Shown: piece after piece, positions 1-11,897 of the stretch
Layout of the letters: every line of letters begins with the position of its first letter
Position numbering within the stretch: the stretch's first letter is position 1
DNA from: Botryllus schlosseri
Taxonomy: Eukaryota
Assembly (NCBI GenBank): GCA_051294905.1
Contig: CM119372.1
Location: forward strand, 35,838,001-35,902,000
Direction: 5' to 3'
DNA length: 64,000 nucleotides
The notes under the pieces: generated by a model
What the model was told of the DNA's origin: nothing
The model's input: only the letters and a program-made list of their open reading frames with translations
Databases searched by the model: none
Program-made: the position numbers and the translations under genes

Positions 1-329
1 CTAGAGCCCGACCGATATTAGATTTTTGGATCGATACCGATAAAACCGATATCTCCTACCTTGACCGAGAACCCAGATACATTCAGCCGATATTCAAAAG
101 AAGTGGAATATGCCTTAACCCTTACGAGGTGGGGTCATATTTCGTAGAACTGACCATCACTTTTTAAATTCATACCGTGATCCCACCAAGACTTGAATCT
201 GGGCCGTTCCAGTTTAAAATTGGGCGGAGTAGGCCTATATCGACACCGCAAGACATGTCTAGGTTTTTTCATATTGAGACGCTTAGGAGTACAGAACTTC
301 ATAACACATTTGAATAAAATATTCATATT

Positions 330-369
330 TATTCCCGAAGCTTTTCGGCTGACGCTCGTCAGGGGAATA
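330..369 (-). ncRNA. Minimal type I hammerhead ribozyme (Penelope pLTR), copy 1
   Basis: Minus strand reads TATTCCC CTGACGA GCGTCAGCC GAAA AGCTTC GGGAATA: 7-bp stem I, CUGANGA and GAAA cores, palindromic AAGCTT stem III, UUC cleavage triplet. Confidence 0.88.
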
Positions 370-511
370 TCGTCAGCAATAATGCGAGAATTCGAATAAC
401 TAAGTTCAGCAACAATATATATCGCTAATTATGACGCCACACAGAAAATATACAAAGTTAGGAAAACGAGAGAACTGAAGCGTTGGCATGGAGATAGCGA
501 AGCCAAACAAG

Positions 512-1414
512 TTAATGCGCGATTTTCAAATGATACACAAATTCTTTCTGTTGGCATAAACTAGGTTTACTCATAGTGATGATGGTGGACTCAAGAACAG
601 ACAAATGAAATAAATTGCGACCCTTAGCCAATACAGAGAACATGTCCTCGTGATAGTTAGCAGCACATGTATGGTTTTCTAGTAAATGTTTGCCAATAGA
701 AGATTTTTGACTCATGGCCTGGTTATGTTCTAGAACAAGCGGATTGTTATGCTGCGATTTCGAGATATATGATTTGACAGACGGTGGGATGTGTTCTTTA
801 ATTCGGTCCTGCAACCGTTTGGAAGTTCTCCCTACGTACCGACAATCGCAGTGGCACTTGAATTCATAAATGACGTTACTTTGTTGTAAAGCCGGGAGAA
901 CGTCCTTTCGGACTGCAGGAAGCATTGGTATCGTGGTAAAAACAACATTGGTTTTCACCGCTGGATAACAGCGATGGACTGCTGAAGTGATCTGTTTCTC
1001 AAATCGATAAGAAACCGGGCCAATCCAAGGTAGATGAATGTACACATCCCTATTTTCACGAGAGACTTCTTCGGGGGTTTCATTTGGTTTGGTATCATTC
1101 CGATGACTTAACTTATTATTTATTGTCCGCTTGATGACAAACTCAGGGTATCCGTTGTCAATGAAAAGTTTACGGATGTAATCAAGTTCACTATTCAATT
1201 TGACCTCGGAACAAATCATCAACGCCCGGTGGACCAAGCTGCCGATTAAATTGATTTTACGACTTTTTGGACTGAAAGAGCTCCATCGAAGGTAATGACC
1301 CGAAAACGTGGGCTTCCTATAAACGGAGGTAAGGAATTGGCCATCCCGTTTCTCCACAAGAACGCCAAGGAATGCCAGCCGGTTGTTAATTTCTTTTTCC
1401 GACGTGAATTGCAA
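512..1414 (-). CDS. Penelope-like RT C-terminus/thumb + GIY-YIG endonuclease (5'-truncated)
   Basis: 300-aa open frame. FTSEKE..LAFLGVLV..VYRKPT..YL.WSS is the PLE RT end; NVIYEFKCHCDCRYVGRTSKRLQDRIKEH is GIY-YIG; S.IGKHL..NH follows. Confidence 0.93.
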   Translation of the reverse strand: MQFTSEKEINNRLAFLGVLVEKRDGQFLTSVYRKPTFSGHYLRWSSFSPKSRKINLIGSLVHRALMICSEVKLNSELDYIRKLFIDNGYPEFVIKRTINNKLSHRNDTKPNETPEEVSRENRDVYIHLPWIGPVSYRFEKQITSAVHRCYPAVKTNVVFTTIPMLPAVRKDVLPALQQSNVIYEFKCHCDCRYVGRTSKRLQDRIKEHIPPSVKSYISKSQHNNPLVLEHNQAMSQKSSIGKHLLENHTCAANYHEDMFSVLAKGRNLFHLSVLESTIITMSKPSLCQQKEFVYHLKIAH

Positions 1415-1545
1415 TGCTGGATGTAATTTGTCGGTACGTAGGGAGAACTTCCAAACGGTTGCAGGACCGAATTAAAGAACACATGCCACCGTCTGTCAAA
1501 TCATATATCTCGAAATCGCAGCATAACAATCCGCTTGTTCTAGAA

Positions 1546-2801
1546 CAGGGGTCACCAACCTTTTTGCAACCAAGGGCTACTTTTGGGTACTGATCGCAGT
1601 GACGGGCTACCATTTACTCCCGTCGTTTACCCGTGTCAGATTGAATTTCCGCTGTGATATTCATAACACTGGGCAGTAATCGTATTGCGGTAAGACTTCC
1701 ACAAGAGTCTTCTTAATCAAAACATCTCATTCCAACTAGCTAGGCACTAAGATCTTTTAAGAAATCACGAATTACTTCGCACCAAGTTTATATAAATTAT
1801 TCAACAGTCAGCTCAAAATTTAAAATAAGTCATGTCACACTTTAGACTGGACATCATGTTATCTGTTTCTATATCAGTCAGTGGCCGGCCTGGCATTGCA
1901 CACAATCAACTAGTGCGCTGTAGTGTGGTATGTAGCTTGACACTTCAACTCTGAGTGAGTGATCCAGATTTGCATTAGTGAGTTCTGTTCTGTGTTTGTT
2001 TTTGATTAAGTTCAAGTCCGCAAAGGCTGATTCACAACGATAAGTTGAACCAAACACGCTTGCAACCTTCATAGCAGCTGCGCATACACCACTGTACTTT
2101 TCCATGTCAACAAGGCACCAAAAGTTTGCTGCAGCCTTGTGGGCTTTGAGGTGGAAGTCATTTTGCAGTGTTACAATTTCAATTTTCAACTGTTCAGCAT
2201 CCAGACCTGACAGATTTCAATATACCGGACAGCAGCATCGATTACGGAAAGTTAGAAATACGGTACTAAACTGCGTTGAGTGTAAGAGCTGTATCAAAAG
2301 ATGCAATACGTAATGGGCATACACATATTGAAATTCTGCTAGTACTTCACCGCTATCTGCTACCGAATAGTAATGTTGTTTACTACTTTGGCATTGTCCT
2401 GGACGTCGAGCTACCATAATGGACCCCCCCCCGCCATCTCAAGGAGACCGTGGATGGCATTCCGTCATGTCGCCTGTATGCAGTGCGCCGTATCCTACGT
2501 CTTCGATATCTTGTGATTCTATTACATCTTCGTATATTACTAATTGTAGTTGAGGATATCTGATATCATCATTTTAAGTGTTAATTATGTATTGTCATTG
2601 GTAAGCTACATGTCAGTGTGATTTAAACAACAATAGCTAAATCAATCAATCTATCGCATATATTTAAAATCTCGCTGGTAATAATCTGACGAATATTGGT
2701 AAATGCTGTTATTCGGTCTATTTTTAAAACAGTCTTGCGGGCTACTCATTTGTTCCTCGCGGGCTACCTGGTGCCCGCGGGCACCACGTTGGTGACCCCT
2801 G
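1546..2801 (-). mobile_element. Non-autonomous hAT (Buster/SPIN-like) element inserted in the inverted Penelope arm
   Basis: 14-bp perfect TIR CAGGGGTCACCAAC; perfect 8-bp TSD TTCTAGAA (1538-1545, 2802-2809). Confidence 0.93.
1878..2189 (-). pseudogene. C-terminal fragment of a Buster/GTF2IRD2-like hAT transposase (dimerization domain)
   Basis: FW..V...KY......A.KV.SVFGSTYRCESAF..LN.IKNKHR..LT..NL...LRV....Y.P.Y..LV...QCQ..H. Confidence 0.88.
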
Positions 2802-3167
2802 TTCTAGAACATAACCAGGCCATGAGTCAAAAATCTTCTATTGGCAAACATTTACTAGAAAATCATACATGTGCTGCTAACTACCACGAGGACATGTTCT
2901 CTGTATTGGCTAAGGGTCGCAATTTATTTCATTTGTCTCTTCTTGAGTCCACCATCATCACTATGAGTAAACCTAGTTTATGCCAACAGAAAGAATTTGT
3001 GTATCATTTGAAAATCGCGCATTAACTTGTTTGGCTTCGCTATCTCCATGCCAACGCTTCATTTCTCTCGTTTTCCTAACTTTGTATATTTTCTGTGTGA
3101 CGTCATAATTAGCGATATATATTGTTGCTGAACTTAGTTATTCGAATTCTCGCATTATTGCTGACGA

Positions 3168-3207
3168 TATTCCCCTGACGAGCGTCAGCCGAAAAGCTTC
3201 GGGAATA
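3168..3207 (+). ncRNA. Minimal type I hammerhead ribozyme (Penelope pLTR), copy 2
   Basis: tattccc-ctgacga-gcgtcagcc-gaaa-agcttc-gggaata, identical to copy 1. Confidence 0.88.
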
Positions 3208-6200
3208 AATATGATTATTTTATTCAAATGTGTTTTTACATATTCCTAAATAAACAAACTTTTTTCCAGAAAATGTCTGTGTCTCTCTCTTATTTATCGA
3301 GGCTGATCCCCAGGATGACATCAGAGAGACAAACATGATGCTCCATTGCGTAGCCAGCGTTGCCTGGTTTCAAACAAGCCATCAACCATAGTTATAAACC
3401 GCGCGGTATGTCAGATATTTAAAATGGAAAATGCATCGAAAATTGACAAATGGGCGTGGTCAGTGAGTGGTCATTAAGGTCATGTTCATGATAAAGACTC
3501 AATCGGACCCCTACCGTCCGGTTTATGGCATAAAACAACGCAGTATGCTTTCCTTTGTCATATCCGACAATTTCAGACATAGTAAACCAGTTTATGACTC
3601 ATATGCCATCATAAATTCGGACTTGACGTTGACCTAGATCTTCAAAATCACTGAAGCGTGACCACAATTAATAATCCCCCAGAAAACTCCTCATCACACG
3701 TTTTGATGTTCGAAATTTTTTTTTTTCATTTTTGCAAACCAAAATTTTTGAGTAAGGTACCAAATTGATCGGAAAAGTGACAACTTTTCAAAAAAAAACG
3801 AAGCACCCGGTGTCTAGGACGTGTCAACATGGAGAAATCGGTCACGGAGCCATGCCATATCATATATGATACACCCACCTCGTAAGGGTTGAAGCCCAAT
3901 TGGCAGTCGGATAAATCCGTTTTAGATCCCTGGCATTAACAAAATTACGGAAGGGAGTCAAATCACTGTAACTTTTGTAGTTGCGACGCCATTGTAAAAA
4001 CTTGTTTAACTTACGACGCACCACTATAATCGTAGATCTCACAAGTCGTAGTGAATTAATATTTTCGTACTGTAATTATAACGTAACCAAAAGTAGTTTA
4101 GAAGCTGATGTGATGGCAGACGTACAGTATATCAGCCAATCTGAGCCTGCGACAAGCTGGAAAAATGACTTTGAATTGACTTTCTGCTTTTTTTCGCTAA
4201 ACAATCATCATATTTTCGTAATAACTGTTCGATTAGCGCGAGGTACGAGGATACAGTAGTGAATACCATCATTACAGACCCCCATTTGCAAGTTGCAAGT
4301 TTGCAAGACCGTTGGGATGAACTAGTGTAGGAGTGTGCAACGAGCGAGGTCAGGCCTGAGACTCATTCCTTTCTAGGCCAACCCCTTCTGCGTTCTGCGT
4401 CGGGGAGCATGGTGACGTAAAGTTCTTGCCAACAGACCGCTGATAAAATGCGGTGCCAAAAATATAAGCGGCGACAAAATCTTGGTCTAAAAATGACCGA
4501 TGCTGGATGGTCAATGTAGCGGTCGCTGCAACGACTTGTTGCAAGACACGATGGTATAGTGCTTGATTGGAGTCGACGCTACAGCTACAGTTCCCGTTGT
4601 ACGCACTAGTCAACTGACTAATGACCGCTCTGAGTATACTCTTGCAATCCTGATCACACACTCAGATCCAAGGAGCTTTCTTTAATAGCACAGAACAGCC
4701 AAATAGTAGTAATAAGTGGTCAGAAACTTGTGGATTTACCAGGTTCAAATCATACTGCAATATATTAACGAATATAGAAAGAACATAGTTAAATGTATCT
4801 AATTGCCTGTATACGACTCTGTGACTTAAGCGCGAGCACGCCCGCTACGGCGCTACAATGGCGATCTCTCAAAGCACGTGCTTCGCAGACTACTTTATCG
4901 ATGTAAGATTAAGGTCGTGGGAAATGAGGTTAGGAGCAGGGTTCCGCGGGAAGATTACTGGCACCCTGATGGGACAGATCTTACAGCCAAACCGTTCGAT
5001 ATGGGTATGCTTCGTTGGTAGCACGGAATAGTCTCGTACTTGCAATCTGAGTAGACAGTACTGCGACACACAGAGAAATTTAATTCGCCCAAATTTGAAA
5101 TCGCATGCGTCAGACATGTTTTGTAGAGCTGTGTTGGCTAGAATTGCGGTGTGCGCGTTCTGTATGTCAGACATGTCCGTAAAATCGTAGCATACAACTG
5201 TAATCTTATAAATGAATTCCTTTTCATGGGTGAGTATCCGGTCGCGAGATGCCACAAAAACTCGGATTCTGCTGGTAGTCTCAAAGCTGTTTTGCCGGTA
5301 TTAAACTGTTACGAATTCTAAAGCAGAACACACAGTATCGTGAGTGTATTTGTTATTCTCATACTCGCGAGACAGAAATTGGAGCAACATATCATAAGGT
5401 ATAGCGAGCCTACTCTCCTTGATTTTTTTGCACCTTATGTTCCAAGACATAAGGCAAAAGCCTTAGCACAATCATGTGTGTTTTTCACCCTTTCGACAAA
5501 CTGGAGCCTCCGGGACCTTTGTGTCAGCACTCAAAAACGATTTCTGCCAGCAAGCATTTTCACTTGCCTTTCACTGGCCATCCAAGCACTGTAGTAGACG
5601 TTCTTGTAGTAAACCCAACAACATTGTATGGCCGAGGAAGGGTTTTAGAGAAATAGTTGAAATCAAAACGAGCAAAACAAGTTGCCCTTTTAATGAGACA
5701 CTTGACAGCTTAAGCTACGTAGTAGCCAATTGGTTGTACATCTGAGCGAAACGGTGTTAAGCATCTTCATTTTTCTTTTCGTATAACAATTTTCGATTAG
5801 TTTGTGCGAATGAAGTTTAATTTACAAAAAAAGTTCGAATGGAGCTCAAAAAGGTTGAAAAGCAACGTTTTAGACCACGAACATTAACGAGACGAGGAGG
5901 TGTTCCAATATAACTGATGTTCACGTGCAGTCTTTACTAATGGTTTCTATACACGACATGCAGCCTTCAAAGAACTTGTTGATAACTCAGACCGACCACA
6001 GATGTCATATTGACTTCAACAGATACTGTTACTGAATTCATTATTTACTGTTTTTGGTCTCTATGCTTTAAACCTAATGTTTACGTTGTATTTGATTTAT
6101 TCCTTGTGGGTGGATAAATACGGGAGTAATGTATATATTCTGGAATCCGGCCCGCCAAGTGCTTCATTTTCCATATCCGGCCCGACAACTGGAGAAGTTA

Positions 6201-7204
6201 CCCGCCCCTGCCATACAGGGTCATACCATTACACCATTGCAAATAATAAACTATTGACCACATCTACACACTTTTCGTCGCGCCTAGAGCCCCAAACATA
6301 CGGATGATAGGCAATATGTTCCATTTTCCTGCACTGTCTCAGGCAATCTCTGGCAGGCGTGCTTCATCGGTTCTTCTGCTGCTGACGACTTAATTATAGC
6401 TCGGTTCACTGTAATTGGGCTTTTTATTTCACTGCAGTCGCAATGATGTCGGAGTTGAGGAGCCCATATAACATCTGATACATAGACGTTAGTCCTTACC
6501 GGGATTCGAAGCACTGCCATATCGGCGTCGTGACGTAGGTTCTTAACCAACTGCACTACTCGCTTCCCTAAACAATAGTTTTCACTAATGCAGCAAAGTC
6601 CCGCACGCACGGATTTTCTAGAGTGTATTCGCCCACAGCAGTTTTAAGTTGAAACTTTCAAATACTAAATAGGGGGTTCCTCAACAAAATGAACCTACAG
6701 CACACGACATGTCCAATTCTGAGTAGGTGTCTATTACTGTTAGACCCACATTGCAGCCTTATCGTCATATTGATAAAAAGCAAATACCTGTATCGATAAA
6801 ATCCAAATACCTGTAAATTGTCGACATATATCTCTTCATCATATATCTAGAGTTATCCTATTGAGTGTTATGACAGCATGCTCACTGACTGACACCTTAT
6901 GGATTAGGTAGTTTTGTTTGGAGTAGCCTACGTGTGTGTTGAAGTAACTAGCTGCAGGATTCCCTCTATTCTTACGTTATAAAATATAATGCGAGTAGGG
7001 TACACTGTAAAAAGAATTCTTGTAAAATAGCTTGTAACGAGCTAATAAATGCTTGATACAAGCTCGATGGAGCTTGTAAATGCCAAATGCAAGCATATAA
7101 CAAGCTGTCATAGGTCGGTGCTTGTAATTGTGCTTGTAAATTGTTTATTTTCTGCAAGAAGAATGAACAAAAATAGCAGTCTGTATACTCACTCAAGATT
7201 CGTC

Positions 7205-8100
7205 ACAGACACGACAACACACCCCAGACACCATAACACACCACAGACATGCCCAGACACGATGTCTGAGTGTCAACACAGTTCGCACACGCCCCCGACA
7301 TGCCCCAGACATGTCACAGACATGATGTGCGATCGAAAACGCAGTTCGAACTTACTCCAGACATGCCTCAGACATGATTTCTTACTGTCAACGCATTTCG
7401 AACACACCCCAGACATGTCCCAGACATGATGTTCGAGTGTCAACAACAGTTCGAACACACCCCTGACATGATGTTCGATTGACAACGCAGTCCGAACCTA
7501 TCTCCAGACATGCCTCAGACATGATGTCCGAGTGTCAATACAGGCCCAACACACCCCAGACATGCCCTAGACATGACCCAGACAAGATGCTCAAATGTAA
7601 AAACGCAGTCCAAACACATCCCAAACATGATGTTCGATAGACAACGCAGTCAGAACCTGTTTCAGACATGCATCAGTCATGATGTCCGAGTGTCAACGAA
7701 GCTCGAACACCCCCCCCCCCCCGTCGACATGCGCTGACATGTCCCAGACATGATGTTCGAGTGTCCACCGCGCTACAAATACCCCCTGACATGATGGGTG
7801 ATTAACAACGTGGTCCGAACCTATCTCCAGACAAGCCTCAGACATGATATCCGAGTGTCAATACAGGCCGAACACACCCCAGACATGCCCTAAATGTGTT
7901 CCAGACATGATGCTCGAGTGTCATAACGCAGTCCGAACACATCCCTACCATGATGTTCGATAGACAACGCAGTCCGAACTTACTCCAGTCACGCCTCAGA
8001 CATGATGTCCGAGTGTTAACGCAGTTCGAACACACCCCTGACAAGCCCCTAAGATATGTGAATTGAAACGTTGTTCAAAAACACCCAGACATCATATCCG
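7205..8100 (+). repeat. Complex tandem repeat (~150-165-bp period, ~320-bp higher order) rich in CAGACATG
   Basis: The unit start GT(C/T)CGAAC(C/T)TA..CCAGACATGCCTCAGACATGAT recurs near 7343, 7490, 7649, 7813 and 7972. Confidence 0.9.
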
Positions 8101-8610
8101 ACAATAGGAAAATGCACAAGACACAAAATACGATGCGATTCCAATGTTACTATTTTTCATTATCTTCCTTTTGGTCATTATATTTCAATATAAACTCCCA
8201 ATTCACCCTGTTTGCACAAAATAAATCCGCCGGTTTTGGTTGAGCGGTTTATCAAAAAGGCGCGAGAACAAAACGAGGAAGGATTTGGATTTCGATTTCA
8301 AATAATCGCAATTAATAATTTTTATCTGATTCAAGAACAATGGATATCGATTTTAGATTAATTTTACGATCAATATATGTAGAAATGAACTTGAAATGTC
8401 ACATAACTTTACACTTCAACGTGTTATTCGGATCAGAAGCCTACCTTTTATTGATTTGGACTTGGATTTTAATCTCGAATTCGTAACAGGATTTGGATTT
8501 TACAATATTATATCAGACCATTTCGGCGCGAACGCGAATGGCGAAACCAGCCAGTTTTTTGGTGGTGCAGGTTTTTTACGTTTTGGTTTCTCCGTTTATT
8601 GCAACTTAGG

Positions 8611-9049
8611 ATGAGTCTGTGGCTGTGTCCTACCGAATGTTGCGATGGTGTAGAGTCGTTTCCCAATAGGAGGTCCTTATTATCTCACCTGAGGCGGTTC
8701 CACCGAGACGAAAGTAGCTTCCTGTGCAAAATTGACTGCTGCAACCGGACGTTTGGTACGTACAAGAGTTATGAGGTACATGTTTATCGAATGCACAAAG
8801 AAGTACTAGAAAATTCAACAAAAACGACAGACAGCAATAGTCAATATATTGTTTGTCAATGCCGAGTGCTTCTTTTGTACTAAATTGATAAAGTCTATTC
8901 AGTTTATCAATCATTTTCATAGTTACTCTGTTAAAGAAGATGGCGTTCGTGTTTTTCGTCCTACAGACTTGATGTATCATGAACCACAGCAGATATATGT
9001 AATCAATGACATTAACCTGATGAGGTTACGTCGCGGCGTATATCACTGA
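8611..9049 (+). pseudogene. Remnant EnSpm transposase: N-terminal C2H2 zinc fingers fused out of frame to the C-terminal tail
   Basis: CPTECCDGVESFPNRRSLLSHLRRFH and CKIDCCNRTFGTYKSYEVHVYRMH. A second frame from ~8862 gives FINHFHSYSV....RPTDLMYHEPQQIY.....MRLRRGVYH*, which resembles animal EnSpm transposase C-termini as I recall them. Confidence 0.7.
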
Positions 9050-9524
9050 TCAATATTTGTGATTTGATGTATTTCAGGTTATTGAAATAGTCTTGATTGC
9101 TATGGCCAACGCTGAAGCACAGTTAAAGTTGAAGGTGACCTATGGTGACCGTTAAAAAGTGTTTAGAGTAACCTCTGTATTAGAAGTGAAAACTGCTGTA
9201 TTACATAAATTTCCTGAAGTTCCCGCTGACAATGCCAACATTGAGTACCATGACAAAGATTTTGGCTGGGCTGAATTTGATTCTGATGTGGAACTATGCA
9301 GTGGCGATATTTTGAAATTGAGTGAAAAAAAATCATCAGGTAATTTAGTCTCATATACAATTGCCATAATATACATGCTTCGTTACTTGATATTTTTGTC
9401 TTGCAGAGCCTTCGAAAGTGACAGATTTGCTTGGTGCTGGTGTTCGTAATTCAAATTGCACCAGTAATGTGGATGTATCATTGACTGAAGAGCAGACGAA
9501 TAGTAAGTTTTATGCCACCTACTG

Positions 9525-9638
9525 CAGGACCGGCCAACCCGTGGCCCGCGGGCTACATGTGAATAGTGTGGATAGTGGCCCGCGCAACGGTTCGTCGCTT
9601 GCATGTGGCCCTTCTGCCGAAAAGGTTGGCCACGCCTG
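9525..9638. mobile_element. 114-bp hAT MITE in intron 2 of the SAMD3-like gene
   Basis: Ends CAGGACCGGCCAACC / GGTTGGCCACGCCTG; TSD ACCTACTG/ACCCACTG; GGCCCGCG subterminal motifs. Confidence 0.8.
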
Positions 9639-10691
9639 ACCCACTGTTTGACGGTGTATAGCAGTGTTCCCAAATACATTCTTACACAATGTGTAAGTGA
9701 CATTCACAATTACAAATTCAAATTACAAACCACGCCATAGTTTAATCAAGAATATGAACACTGACAGCTAAGTATAGCTTTCTAGTTCCGGCGTTAAAAT
9801 GTAGTCGTGTTGCGCAACGTTATCTTACAGCCGAATACTTTGAGAATGGAGAAGTCGATCAATATTTAGATTTTTCGGGATCAGTGTGACAGTAACGTTC
9901 GATTAATATCAATTATTTTAAAATTTATCTCCCCCTCCCAGTCGCCTTGTTTGTAGCTAGCGCTTCCTTTGGGAACCAGAATTTTGTCTCATAAGTGATA
10001 TTTCAATTGCAGGAGATATGTGCAGTGGTCTGCGAAATTCAGAACAAGGCGTTGATGCTTCATCATTCATGAATGATCTGGAGCCCTCTACATCTATAAC
10101 TGATACGCCATTGATGGATGCTGAAGAATGTACTAAAAAGCCTCAAAGATGTTCTGACCACAAGTATGAGGTGTGCCTTCCTGCTTATCTGCACAACGAG
10201 GTGGAAAAACTGGAGTCAAAAAGCGACTCGAGGCCAAGGTTAAGAAGAGCAATTGTGGACCATCTGTTCTACGATCTAACGAAACACTTTGGGTATTGGC
10301 TGTTAAAGTGATCTATATTCTAGTGCAGCGTTTTTCAACGTGTGGGGTTGGTCGCAAAGGGTATAATTTTGGGCTCTGCACACAATCTGGTCGGTTCTAT
10401 TACTTCCTTATTCACAGACTAACGCTTTGTGACAACCATAGTCCTCTGTACTCACGATATACTGAATGAAAATACTGGAGATGACCCGATACCAATTTTG
10501 GTGCATTCAGCTTCTTGACTATGTAACTTTCGTCCACTTTTCATTCAGACTTGACGTGCCACCGTATACAAAAACTCTGGCATGTACAGCTCTAGTGCAA
10601 GAATATAAAGTCCTGAGATCAAGCTTGGCAGATGAAGATCATTATCTTCCTGCATGGGTGAGTTTTGAAGCTTGAAGTATGGTAGTGCTAC

Positions 10692-10968
10692 ATCGGGCCG
10701 ACCGACTTTCATCTCTATAGTTTTGACAAATTGGTTATTGAGGTCCGCCAGCCTATGAAATCTCGCCACTATATGTTTCTGACACGTGAGCGTCAAAGCA
10801 ATGTTTGGCTTGTTTTAAATAAGCACATATGTTATCTCCATGTCCTCACTATATAATCAAATATCAATATTGCGTTTTGGTTTATAATCCCAATTTTATA
10901 TAGTGCGGCCCGCGAATGAATTCAGATGTTGAATGTGGCCCGCGAGCTCAAAAGTTTGCCCACCCCTG
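10692..10968 (-). mobile_element. Truncated copy of the hAT MITE family at 39258-40545 (intron 4)
   Basis: Ends in AGTTTGCCCACCCCTG; its reverse complement aligns by eye to 39258-39398 + 39844-39980. Confidence 0.8.
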
Positions 10969-11897
10969 TGCTACACTCTTTAAAATCCGTAACATTTTAG
11001 CACGATTGGAAAAAGAAACTCGATAACAAAATTTTTAACGAACGTCGGAAAGTAGAAAATCCAGACGATCCGGTTCTCATCGCAAATAGAATAAAGTATG
11101 GAAGACCTGGTCCACGGAGACGGCTCCATACTGAAGAATCCGACACGAGCAGCCCTCGATGCAAGAAACCCCGAAGTTCTGGTCTTCCTGCTAACGAAGT
11201 AGGAAATTACTATTTTCGTGACTTGTCGGTCGGGAACCGCTGATTCATATATTAATTAAAAATTTCAGGTCGGAGAATCTTCGAACAATGAGGAAAGCTT
11301 CGCCGAACATAAGTCAATCATATTATCGGAATCAAATTCATCTAACCCAGCCAAGGCAAGGCTTATGAAAGCAATGAAAGCCACTTTCAAAAGGCGTCGG
11401 TTCGATATAGAAGACGGGAACATGCCAACTGCTGACATTCTTGTGGAGTATCCCCTTCTCAGAAATTCATATTGGGTAAGAAGCAATATCATCGGTTTGA
11501 TTTCTGTTTAACGGTCACTGATAATGTTTCAGCTATTGGAAGAAATGAAGCTGATTAACAATGGTCTAGATATTCTGGACAAGATCAAAGAAAATAAATT
11601 CTCCAAGCATGCAAGAAGAATCAAGTGGGATCGCTTGTCAGCCGACATTGTAGATGTGATAGGTACAATGCTTTGAATATACAAATTATTGGACAACTCA
11701 AAATATGAATTTGTGTTTTTTTCATATTCCGCAGAACTCAATTGGATGCTCGGTATACCTTCAATGTTCAACGAATCCTATGACAAATTCTTGGTTATAA
11801 ACAAGGTTTGTACCAAGTACATGTCGACATTGCATTGCTATAAAATATACTTTACTGCGCTGATAATAGGCTCACAGCTAGATATGTCAGTATAAGT

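Larger units (their letters stand above)
303..3234. mobile_element. Penelope-like retroelement: 5'-truncated minus-strand copy (~303-1423) joined to an inverted duplicate of its 3' part (~1427-1545 + 2802-3234)
   Basis: 1427-1545 and 2802-3234 are the reverse complement of ~303-845. The ORF has an RT thumb and GIY-YIG domain, and both 3' ends carry hammerhead motifs. Inverted pseudo-LTRs are typical of Penelope-like elements. Confidence 0.93.

Noticed and set aside
2696..3025. 109-aa ORF
   Set aside because: It is a chimera of the hAT right end and the inverted Penelope C-terminus, not an independent gene.
3240..3870. Repeat-like segment possibly related to Helentron/DINE-type elements
   Set aside because: Termini and diagnostic hairpins could not be defined from one copy.
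4350..6610. Several 100-120-aa minus-strand ORFs with some splice-like signals (e.g. GKRVVQLVKNLRHDADMAVLRIP followed by GTAAG)
   Set aside because: No recognisable domain, and I could not build a stop-free, phase-consistent model. It may be a decayed gene; BLASTx is needed.
7205..8100. Regularly recurring motifs resembling a CRISPR array
   Set aside because: The intervening sequences are themselves repeats, there are no cas genes, and the context is eukaryotic.
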